NCBI GenBank assembly: GCA_028826165.1 | Contig: JAPDFW010000073.1 | Coordinates: forward strand, 310,001-374,000 | Length of the DNA: 64,000 nucleotides | From: Anaeramoeba ignava BMAN | Lineage: Eukaryota; Protista; Anaeramoebae | Direction: 5' to 3' | Shown here: positions 1 through 9,707 of the stretch, one piece after another | Position numbering within the stretch: the first letter of the stretch is position 1 | Layout of the letters: each line of letters opens with the position of its first letter | Program-made: the position numbers and the translations under genes | Notes under the pieces: model-generated | What the model was told of the DNA's origin: nothing | Database searches by the model: none | What the model saw: the letters and a program-made list of their open reading frames with translations, nothing else

Positions 1-2
1 TA

Positions 3-113
3 ACCCAAAAAGATATTTTGCGCATTTCAAATAATTGTTTAAATTCTCCTTTAACTTTGGCTGCTTGGGGTGATACTACTTCTTTAAAGAATTATGAAAA
101 ATATTTGAAATGA
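3..113 (+). CDS. C-terminal end of a probable M16 peptidase (mitochondrial/hydrogenosomal processing peptidase alpha-like), partial
   Basis: Translates to TQKDILRISNNCLNSPLTLAAWGDTTSLKNYEKYLK* (TGA 111-113), resembling the MPP-alpha C-terminal pattern T-x-x-D-I...L-S-S-P-L-T-x-A-x-x-G-D. Only 36 codons are visible. Confidence 0.55.
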   Translation, partial: TQKDILRISNNCLNSPLTLAAWGDTTSLKNYEKYLK

Positions 114-158
114 TTTTTTCAATCAAAATAAAATTTTCAAAATTTAAAAAAAGCGAAT

Positions 159-1768
159 AAATTAATTTAAAAATACAATTTAATATTTAACATAAAAATA
201 TAAAAAATAAGAATAGATTTAATTTAATATTTGATTTATAAATTAATTTAAAAATATAATTTAAATAATTAATTCAATTATTAAAATAATAATTTATTGT
301 TTTAGATTTAAATATTTTATTATTTAAATATTTAACATATAAATATAAAAAATAAGAATAGATTTAATTTAATATTTAATTTATAAATTAATTTAAAAAT
401 ATAATTTAATAATTAATTCAATTATTAAAATAATAATTTATTGTTTTAGATTTAAATATTTTATTATTTAAATATTAAACATATAAATATAAAAATAAGA
501 ATAGATTTAATTTAATATTTAATTTATAAATCAATTTAAAAATATAATTTATTATTTAAATTTATGTTTAAAATAATAATTTAATGTTTTAGATTTAAAT
601 ATTTTATTATTTAAATATTTAACATAAAAAAATAAAATACAAGAATAGATTTAATTTAATATTTAATTTATAAATTAATTTAAAAATATAATTTAATATT
701 TAATTTCATTATTAAAATAATAATTTAATGTTTTAGATTTAAATATTTTATTATTTAAATATTTAACATATAAATATAAAAATTGAAAATAAGTTTAATT
801 TAATATTTAATTTATAAATTAATTTAAAAATATAATTTAATATTTAATTCTATTATTAAAATAATAATTTATTGTTTTTAGATTTAAATATTTTATTATT
901 TAAATATTTAACATAAAAATATAAAAATAAGAATAGATTTAATTTAATATTTAATTTATAAATTAATTTAAAAATATAATTTAATATTTAATTTCATTAT
1001 TAAAATAATAATTTAATGTTTTAGATTTAAATATTTTATTATTTAAATATTTAACATATAAATATAAAAATTGAAAATAAGTTTAATTTAATATTTAATT
1101 TATAAAATAATTTAAAAATATAATTTAATATTTAATTTTATGTTTTAAAATAATAATTTAATGTTTTAAATTTAAATATTTTATTATTTAAATATTTAAC
1201 AAATAAATATAAAAATAAGAATAGATTTAATTTAATATTTAATTTATAAATTAATTTAAAAATATAATTTAATATTTAATTTTATTATTAAAATAATAAT
1301 TTATTGTTTTAGATTTAAATATTTTATTATTTAAATATTTAACATATAAATATAAAAAATAAGAATAGATTTAATTTAATATTTAATTTATAAATTAATT
1401 CAAAAATATAATTTAATATTTAATTTTATTATTAAAATAATAATTTAATGTTTTAGATTTAAATATTTTATTATTTAAAAATTTAACATATAAATATAAA
1501 AATAAGAATATATTTAATTTAATATTTAATTTATAAATTAATTTAAAAATTTAATTTAATATTTAATTTTATTATTAAAATAATAATTTAATGTTTTAGA
1601 TTTAAATATTTTCTTATTTAATTATTTAACATAAAAATATAAAAAATGAGAATAGATTTAATTTAATATTTAATTAATAAATTAATTTAAAAATATAATT
1701 TAATATTTAATTTTATGTTTAAAATAATAATTTATTGTTTTAGATTTAAATATTTTATTATTTAAAAA
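159..1768. repeat. Tandem repeat family A (~144-bp unit, ~11 copies)
   Basis: The landmark TTTAGATTTAAATATTTTATTATTTAAA recurs at ~301, 445, 588, 732, 878, 1020 and onward. The same unit occurs at 5584-6400 and 18295-20125. Confidence 0.95.
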
Positions 1769-2171
1769 TATTTTGAAAATTGATTTTTGAAATTAAAATT
1801 TTATCTTTTTTTTTGAATTAAATTGAATTAATATTAATTTGGAAATTTGTTTTTAAATTTAAATTTATTAATAATTTTTAAATTCAAAAAAAAAATAAAT
1901 TAAAAATTAAATTAAAATAATTTTCCTTTTTTTTTAATAAAAAAAATTAATAAAAAATAATAATAATTTATTAATAAATTAATTTAAAATAATAAATTAA
2001 AAAGAAAATTAAATTAATTATTAATTTAAATTTATTCTTATTTTTATATTTTTATTTATTTTCAAAATCCACTTTTTATTCATTTTTAAATTTTTTTTTC
2101 ATTTTTCCTTTTTTTAAAAACAAAAACAAAAACAAAAACAAAAAACAAAAACAAACAAACACAAAAACAAA
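1769..2171 (+). promoter_or_regulatory. Conserved upstream region of the BTB-TLDc gene, with a TTTTCATTTT initiator-like motif and (CAAAAA)n leader
   Basis: Near-identical to ~20124-20515 upstream of the second copy. Confidence 0.7.
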
Positions 2172-3869
2172 ATGGATAATAATAATAATAATAACCAAAT
2201 TGAAAATGCAAATCAAAATGAAAATGAAAATGAAATGAAAAATTTAGAAAAAAAAGTAACAAAAAATTTAATTAAAGATTATTCAAACCTTTTAAATGAA
2301 AATTCATTTAAAGATTTTTCAATTTTTGTTGAGAATAAATCAAATCCTTTTGAAATTAAAGTTCATAAATCAATTTTATCTTCAAGATCTCCTTTTTTTA
2401 ATGAATCATTAAGGCAAGAATCTCTTTCTATTTCTTTAAATCAATTTAATAAAAAAGAAATGGAATCAATTTTGAGTTATATTTATTATGGAAATATTTC
2501 TTTTGAGAATCAAGAAAATCTTATTCAATTATTGGAAATTTCAATTTATTTTAAATTAAATTTATTGAAAGAAATTATTCAAAAAAAAATTTTAAATTCA
2601 ATTAATTATTCAAATTTTTTCCAATTTTTATTCCAAAATCGAAATTTAAATTCAAATGAAATTGAAATAAAATGTTTTGAATTAATAAATCAAAATTTTT
2701 CCCAAATTCAAAATAATGAAAATTTATTCAATTTAACTAAAGAAGAAATTATCAAATTTATTCAATTTAAACAAGAAAAAAAAGAAATTTTTCAATTTGA
2801 TTTTTTTCAATTTTTAAATAATTGGATTGAAAAAAGAAATCAAAGATTAAAAGGAAAGAAAGAAAAAGAAAAAGAAAAAGAAAAAGGAATTGAAAAGAAA
2901 AGATTATTTCATTCTTTTTTTTCATTATTTGATAAAGATTCAATTTCAAAACAAGATTTTGATAAATTAAAACAATTTGATTTTTTTCCTAAATCTTTTT
3001 TAGTTGATATTCAAAACAAAGTTATTCAAGATAATCAAAAAGAAATTGAAGATAAAGAGAAAGAAATTGAAAAGAATCAAAAAGAAAATCAACAAATGAA
3101 AATTGAAATTGAAGAGAAATGGAAGAAAGAAGTTGAGAATAAAGAGAAAGAAAATCAACAAATGAAAATTGAAATTGAAGAGAAATGGAAGAAAGAAGTT
3201 GAAGAGAAAGAGAAGGAAAATCAACAAATGAAAATTGAAATTGAAGAGAAATGGAAGAAAGAAGTTGAGAAAATGAAACCTATTTTTGATGAAATTGAAG
3301 AAATGAAAAAACAATTTCAGAGTTTTTGGAATTCAGAAATTGTTCAAGATATTGAATATGTTAAGAAATTACAAGAATGGATAAATGATAATGATTTTTT
3401 TTCTAAAATGAAAAAAGGATTTTCAGCAAAAAGAGATGGGTTTAATTCTCAAAATTGGCATAAAGCAGTTGATGGGAAAGGAAAAACATTAGTTATTATC
3501 AAAACAAAACAAAATTTTATTTTTGGAGGTTTTACTCAAGTTGGATTTAAATCAGCAAATGGAGAATGGAGTAATGACTCAAATGCATTTATTTTTTCAT
3601 TAAGAAATGATAAAGGAGATAGAATACCTGCAAAGTTTACTTGTAAAGAACCTCAATATGCAATTTATTCTCATTTAAATATTGGTCCAAGGTTTGGTCA
3701 AGGAACTGATTTTCGAATAAATTCTAATTTACAACCTGGTTATTCAAATTTTGGTCATAGTTATATTCCACCTAATGGAATTACTTATGGAACAGATTCA
3801 GGTAAAAGTTATTTAGCTGGTTCTTATGATAAATGGGTTGTTGATGAAGTTGAATCTTATTTCATTTAA
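2172..3869 (+). CDS. BTB/POZ(-BACK-like)-coiled coil-TLDc domain protein, copy 1 (565 aa, intronless)
   Basis: BTB motif KDFSIFV...IKVHKSILSSRSPFF; EK-rich repetitive coiled coil; TLDc motifs FSAKRDGF...GKTLVIIKT..FIFGGFT...AFIFSL...GPRFG..DF...EVESY. Confidence 0.9.
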   Translation: MDNNNNNNQIENANQNENENEMKNLEKKVTKNLIKDYSNLLNENSFKDFSIFVENKSNPFEIKVHKSILSSRSPFFNESLRQESLSISLNQFNKKEMESILSYIYYGNISFENQENLIQLLEISIYFKLNLLKEIIQKKILNSINYSNFFQFLFQNRNLNSNEIEIKCFELINQNFSQIQNNENLFNLTKEEIIKFIQFKQEKKEIFQFDFFQFLNNWIEKRNQRLKGKKEKEKEKEKGIEKKRLFHSFFSLFDKDSISKQDFDKLKQFDFFPKSFLVDIQNKVIQDNQKEIEDKEKEIEKNQKENQQMKIEIEEKWKKEVENKEKENQQMKIEIEEKWKKEVEEKEKENQQMKIEIEEKWKKEVEKMKPIFDEIEEMKKQFQSFWNSEIVQDIEYVKKLQEWINDNDFFSKMKKGFSAKRDGFNSQNWHKAVDGKGKTLVIIKTKQNFIFGGFTQVGFKSANGEWSNDSNAFIFSLRNDKGDRIPAKFTCKEPQYAIYSHLNIGPRFGQGTDFRINSNLQPGYSNFGHSYIPPNGITYGTDSGKSYLAGSYDKWVVDEVESYFI

Positions 3870-4339
3870 AAAATTAATTAATAATAAGAAAATCAAACTT
3901 TTTTTTTTTAATTTTTTTTTTCAAAATTTAATTCAATTTTAATTTACTTTTAATCAAATTAATTTCTTTAAAATAATAAATAAGAAACGAATTTAATTTT
4001 AAATAATTTAATTTTAATTTAAAATATTTATTAAAAATTTAATTAATAAAAAATAATCCAAAAAAAAAAATAATAAATTTTAAAAAATTGAATATTTTTA
4101 ATATAATAAATAAAAATAAAAATTGAAAATAGAAATTAATAATAATTAAATTTAAATTCATTAATTAAAATATTAAAATAAAAAAAATCAAATAAAATTT
4201 ATTATTAATTAATATTTAAATATTAATAAATTATAATCAAAATCAAAAATAGAATAATTAGTAAATTATTTTTTTAGAAAGTTTATCTTATTCAATCATG
4301 TTAAATTCAATTTATTTAAAATTTTTAATTTTTAATTTT

Positions 4340-4840
4340 ATTTTTAATATATTTTATTATAATTAAAATTAGAATAATAAATAATTAAAAATATTAATAT
4401 AATAAATAAAAATATTATATCAAATTAAATTAAAATAAATTTAAATTAAATTATTATTAAATATTATTAAAATTAAATATTTATATTTATTAAAATATTT
4501 ATTCCACTTTTTAATATATTTTATTATAATTAAAATTGGAATAATAAATAATCAAAAATATTAATATAATAAATAAAAATATTATTTCAAATTAAATTAA
4601 AATAAATCTAAATTAAATTATTATTAAATATTATTAAAATTAAATATTTATTTTTATTAAAATATTTATTCCACTTTTTTTAATATATTTTATTATAATT
4701 AAAATTGGAATAATAAATAATCAAAAATATTAATTTAATAAATAAAAATATTATTTCAAATTAAATTAAAATAAATTTAAATTAAATTATTATTAAATAT
4801 TATTAAAATTAAATATTTATCTTTATTAAAATATTTCAAT
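4340..4840. repeat. Tandem repeat family B (~168-bp unit, ~3 copies)
   Basis: TTATTATAATTAAAATT at ~4353, 4521 and 4690; TATTCCACTTTTT at ~4500 and 4667. Confidence 0.85.
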
Positions 4841-4849
4841 TTTCTTCTC

Positions 4850-5270
4850 AATTTTATTAAATTATTGAGAATAATTTTATATTACTTTAAATAAAGAAAT
4901 ATTAATAAAATATATAAAATAAAATTAATTTTAAATTTAATTATTTAATATTCTTTATTCCATTTTTGAAATAAATTAATTAAAATATTTTATTTATTTT
5001 ATTAAATTATTGGGAATAATTTTATATTAATTTAAATAAAGAAATATTAATAAAATATATAAAATATAATTAATTTTAAATTTAATTATTTAATATTCTT
5101 TATTCCATTTTTGAAATAAATTAATTAAAATATTTTATTAATTTTATTTAAATATTGGGAATAATTTTATATTAATTTAAATAAAGAAATATTAATAAAA
5201 TATATAAAATAGAATTAATTTTAAATTTAATTATTTAATATTCTTTATTCCATTTTTGAAATAAATTAAT
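4850..5270. repeat. Tandem repeat family C (~145-bp unit, ~3 copies)
   Basis: TTCTTTATTCCATTTTTGAAATAAATTAAT at 4951, 5096 and 5241. Confidence 0.9.
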
Positions 5271-5583
5271 GAAAAAGATTTTATTATTGAAAGAAAAGAA
5301 AAACAATATAAATTTCCTAAATTAATATTAATAATGAGAAGTGAATTATATCGAGGAATGTTTTTATCTGTAACAGATGATACTTCTAATAAGTGAATTA
5401 AGTAATAAATCATTTCAAATATTTGAATATTGGATTTATTCAAATCAAATTAAAAATGAAATTCAAATTACACAAGAAATAATTGATGAAATTCAAATTG
5501 GAATTGATTATTTTCAATTAAATCAAACAAATCCAAATTTATTTGATTTATTAATTAACAAATTTAATAATCAAAATCAATAA
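5265..5583 (+). pseudogene. Orphan C-terminal BTB-domain gene fragment with an internal frameshifting deletion
   Basis: Reads INEKDFIIERKEKQYKFPKLILIMRSELYRGMFLSVTDDTSNK / ELSNKSFQIFEYWIYSN...DYFQLN...* and aligns with the last BTB domain of the ankyrin-BTB genes (ETKDFRII...VHKLILILRSELFKGMF...DYFQLN). There is no upstream gene body. Confidence 0.8.
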
Positions 5584-6400
5584 AAAACAAGAATAGGTTT
5601 AATTTAATATTTAATTTATAAATTAATTTAAAAATATAATTTAATATTTAATTTTATTATTAAAATAATAATTTAATGTTTTAAATTTAAATATTTTATT
5701 ATTTAAATATTTAACATATAAATATAAAAAATAGGAATAAGTTTAATTTAATATTTAATTTATAAATTAATTTAAAAATATAATTTAATATTTAATTTTA
5801 TTATTAAAATAATAATTTATTGTTTTAGATTTAAATATTTTATTATTTAAATATTTAACATAAAAATATAAAAATGAAAATAGATTTAATTTAATATTTA
5901 ATTTATAAATTAATTTAAAAATATAATTTAATATTCAATTTCATGTTTAAAATAATAATTTATTGTTTTTTAGATTTAAATATTTTATTATTTAAATATT
6001 TAACATATAAATATAAAAATGAAAATAGATTTAATTTAATATTTAATTTATAAATTAATTTAAAAATATAATTTAATATTTAATTTTATGTTTAAAATAA
6101 TAATTTATTGTTTTAAATTTAAATATTTTATTATTTAAATATTTAACATAAAAATATAAAAAATAAGAATAGATTTAATTTAATATTTAATATATAAATT
6201 AATTTAAAATTATAATTTAATATTTAATTTTATGTTTAAAATAATAATTTATTGTTTTAGATTTAAATATTTTATTATTTAAATATTTAACATAAAAATA
6301 TAAAAAATAAGAATAGATTTAATTTAATATTTAATTTATAAATTAATTTAAAAATATAATTTAATATTTAATTTCATGTTTAAAATAATAAATTAATGTT
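5584..6400. repeat. Tandem repeat family A (~144-bp unit, ~5.5 copies)
   Basis: Same unit and orientation as 159-1768. Confidence 0.95.
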
Positions 6401-6621
6401 TAATTAAAAATGAATTGTTGTTTGTTTTGGAAAAGAAAATGGAAGGAATTTGAGAAGGAAAAAAACCTTTTTTATTATTTTGTTATTTTGTTAATTTGTT
6501 TTGAAAAGAAATAAAAGGTTTTTTTTTTTTGGAAAGTAAAAAAAAAATTAAAAAAAGAAAAAGAAGTAAAAAAAAAAGAAGTAAAAAATGAAGTAAAAAA
6601 AAGTAAAAAGGAAGAAGAGAA

Positions 6622-7050
6622 TTATTTGAGCATCATATTTTTGAATTCATTAAATTCAAGACCACCAGATTTATCAGTATCATGTTCAGCAAGAATTTCA
6701 TCAACTTGTTGTTCAGTAATTGGTTCACCGAAATAATTAGCAATTTGCATCATTTCATTTTTATCAATTTTGCCATTTCCATCCAAATCAAAAGCTTCGA
6801 AAATCTTTTTCAAATCATCTTCAGTTGGAGCTGAATGATCTTCAACAATCATTTTCTTGAATTCAGAATAAGAAATAACTCCATCGTTGTTTTTATCAGC
6901 AAGTTTCATCATTAAATCAATTTCGAAATCTGAAATTGATTCCCCAATTTGTTTGCAGAAATTTGTGAATTCTTGCTTGTCAAGTGTTCCGTTTCCATCG
7001 GTATCAATCATATCAAATGCTGCTTTAATTTCTTGTTCGTTCATTGCCAT
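6622..7050 (-). CDS. Calmodulin-like four-EF-hand protein (142 aa)
   Basis: EF loops DTDGNGTLDKQE, DKNNDGVISYSE, DLDGNGKIDKNE and DTDKSGGLEFNE. The start was placed at MAMNEQ (7050) because the ORF-track extension is low complexity and contains the initiator-like motif. Confidence 0.9.
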   Translation of the reverse strand: MAMNEQEIKAAFDMIDTDGNGTLDKQEFTNFCKQIGESISDFEIDLMMKLADKNNDGVISYSEFKKMIVEDHSAPTEDDLKKIFEAFDLDGNGKIDKNEMMQIANYFGEPITEQQVDEILAEHDTDKSGGLEFNEFKNMMLK

Positions 7051-7269
7051 TGTTTTATTTTTCCAATTTGAAAAAAAATGAAAAAAAATTTTTTTTATTT
7101 TTTTTTTCTTTTTATTTTTCTTTTTTTTTTTAAATGCAGGCAATTTTTTTTTTAATTAAATTTTTCTTTTTATTTTTATTTTTATTTTTTAAACCAATTT
7201 TTACTAAAAATTATTATAAAATATTAAATAAAAATTAAAATTAATTTAAAATATTAATAAAAGGCAAAA

Positions 7270-8335
7270 AAATTGCTTTTATTTTATTTTTATTGATCTA
7301 AATTTAAATTTAAAATAATTAATTAAAAATATTTAATTAAAATTATTATCCCTTTAAAATATTAATTTACTGATTATTTTCTTATCAATTTAATTTAAAT
7401 TATTTTATTAATAAATTTATTTTATTAATTATTTTTATTTTATCAAAATTTAAATTTAAATTGATTTTTTTATTTTTATTTCTAAAATAAATTTAAAAAT
7501 AAATTGAATAAAAAAAGTGGAACAAAAATTGATTTTTTATTTTATTTTTATTGATCTAAATTTAAATTTTTAAATTAAAAATAATTAATTAAAAATATTT
7601 TATTTAAAATTATTATCCCTTTAAAAATATTTATTGATTATTTTCTTATCAATTTAATTTAAATTATTTTATTATCAATTTCCAAATATTCAAAAATAAA
7701 TTTAAAAATAAATTGGAATAAAAAAAAGTGGAACAAAAAATTTATTTTATTTTTATTTTATTTTATTTTTATTAAAAATTTAAATTTAAATTTATTTACT
7801 GATTATTAATTAAAATTATTTATTAAAATTATTATCCCTTTAAAATATTAATTTATTGATTATTTTCTTATTAATTTAATTTAAATTATTTTATTAATAA
7901 ATTTATTAATTATTTTCTTATCAATTAAATTTAAATTATTTTATTAATAATTTCCAAAATAAATTTAAAAATAAAATGGAATAAAAAAAAGTGGAACAAA
8001 AAAATTGATTTTATTTTATTTTTATTGATTTAAATTTAAATTTAAATTAATTAAAAATATTTAATTTAAAATTATTATCCCTTTAAAATATTTATTTACT
8101 GATTATTTTCTTATCAATTTTAATTTAAATTATTTTATTAATAAATTTATTAATTATTTTCTTATCAATTTTATTTAAATTATTTTATTAATTATTTCTA
8201 AAATAAATTTAAAAATAAAATTGGAATAAAAAAAAGTGGAACAAAAAAATTTATTTTATTTATTTAAATTAATTTATTAATTATTTTCTTATCAATTTTA
8301 TTTAAATTATTTTATTAATTATTTTATTAAAAATT
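7270..8335. repeat. Degenerate intergenic tandem repeat E (~220-270-bp unit, ~4 copies)
   Basis: ATTATTATCCCTTTAAAA at ~7342, 7609, 7828 and 8071; AAAAAGTGGAACAAAAA at ~7512, 7723, 7986 and 8231. Confidence 0.85.
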
Positions 8336-8389
8336 TAAAATGAATTATTTAATTTTTTTTTGCTTATTTTTATTTAATTTTTTTGCTTT

Positions 8390-8821
8390 TTATTTAAGTT
8401 CAGAAGTTCTTAACATCAACTCTTTAAACTCATCATATTCCAATCTACCAGTCATATTCTTATCATAAGCTTGAAAAAGAAGATCAATATCTTCATCAGT
8501 AACTTGACCAAAAAAATCACCAAGTCGAGTTAAATCTTCTCTTGCAATTGATCCTTTCCCATCTTTATCAAGAGTCTTAAAAGATTCAAGAATATCTTCT
8601 TCTTTAATAACTGAATCCTCTTCTACAAATAAAACTTTAATATCTTCATATCGATAACTATCATCATTTTTGATATTTTTTTCTTCTGAAAATATTTCTT
8701 TGATTTTTTCTTCTTTGATGTTTATAAGTTTGCAAAATTCAATAAATTCTTTTTTGTTAATAATATTATTTCGATCTAAATCTACTTTATCAAAAGCTTG
8801 TCGAATTTCTTTTTCTTCCAT
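8390..8821 (-). CDS. Divergent calmodulin-like EF-hand protein (143 aa)
   Basis: AFDKVDLDRNNIINKKEF, DKDGKGSIARED and DKNMTGRLEYDEF; colinear with the neighbouring EF-hand gene. Confidence 0.85.
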   Translation of the reverse strand: MEEKEIRQAFDKVDLDRNNIINKKEFIEFCKLINIKEEKIKEIFSEEKNIKNDDSYRYEDIKVLFVEEDSVIKEEDILESFKTLDKDGKGSIAREDLTRLGDFFGQVTDEDIDLLFQAYDKNMTGRLEYDEFKELMLRTSELK

Positions 8822-8960
8822 TTTAAAATTTTTAAAAAATGAAAAAAATGAAAAAAATGAAAATGAAAAAAATTTTTTTTTAATTTATTTTGAATTAAAT
8901 TTTTGAATTAAATTTTTGAATTAATTTTTTGGAATTAAATTTTTTTTTTTTTTTTCGTGA

Positions 8961-9637
8961 TTATAAAAGATTATCAAGTTGTTCTTGAATTCGATCAATT
9001 TTTTCAAAAAAATCAAATAAATTTTGATGAGAAAATTCAACTACGAATTTATCTTTCTAAAAATTAAAATTAAAATTAAAAATTAAATTAAAAAATTAAA
9101 TAAAAAAAATTAAAATACTTTTTCTTGATTTAAATCTTCGGAATCATTTAATACAAATTCAAACAAAGAAGTGACATCTTTAGCATGACCAGTTTTACTA
9201 TGACTTGTTTTAAGATGAACTCTCCAATTAACGTCTTGTAATTCCTTTGGAGAAATTGAAGAAACTTTAAGATTTTCAATCAAAGAATTCGCAAATTTTT
9301 GCCAAACAGAAATAAAATCATTAATTTTCTCTTGATTAAGCCCTAATAACTGAAGTTGCGCAGCTAAATTTTTCGCATTTAATCCATGATATGCTGATTG
9401 CTGGAAAATATAGGATGATGATGTGATAATTGTGTCTAAATCCTTTTGTGATACTTTCAACATCGTTGATAATTGTAATTCTTCTTTTTCACTAAAAATT
9501 CGTGTTTTTAAATGCAATCCTTCTACAATTCGCTTTAAAATTAATGAGAATTTATCCTTGATTCCATTTATTAAATTAATTGCTTCCAAAAGTTGTTTTG
9601 TTTGATTGAATATTTGATTTTCTGCTTTTTTTTCCAT
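8961..9637 (-). CDS. COMMD10: COMM domain-containing protein 10 (exons 9637-9119 and 9056-8961; 204 aa)
   Basis: ILKRIVEGLHLKTRIFSEKEE...YIFQQSAYH; COMM domain LQDVNWRVHL...|KDKFVVEFSHQNLFDFFEKIDRIQEQLD. A 62-nt GT-AG intron restores the frame. Confidence 0.9.
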
Positions 9638-9707
9638 TTTATTTAATTTTTTTTTATTTTTAAATGAAAGAAAAAAAATGAAAAAAAATTTTTATTTAAT
9701 TAATTAA

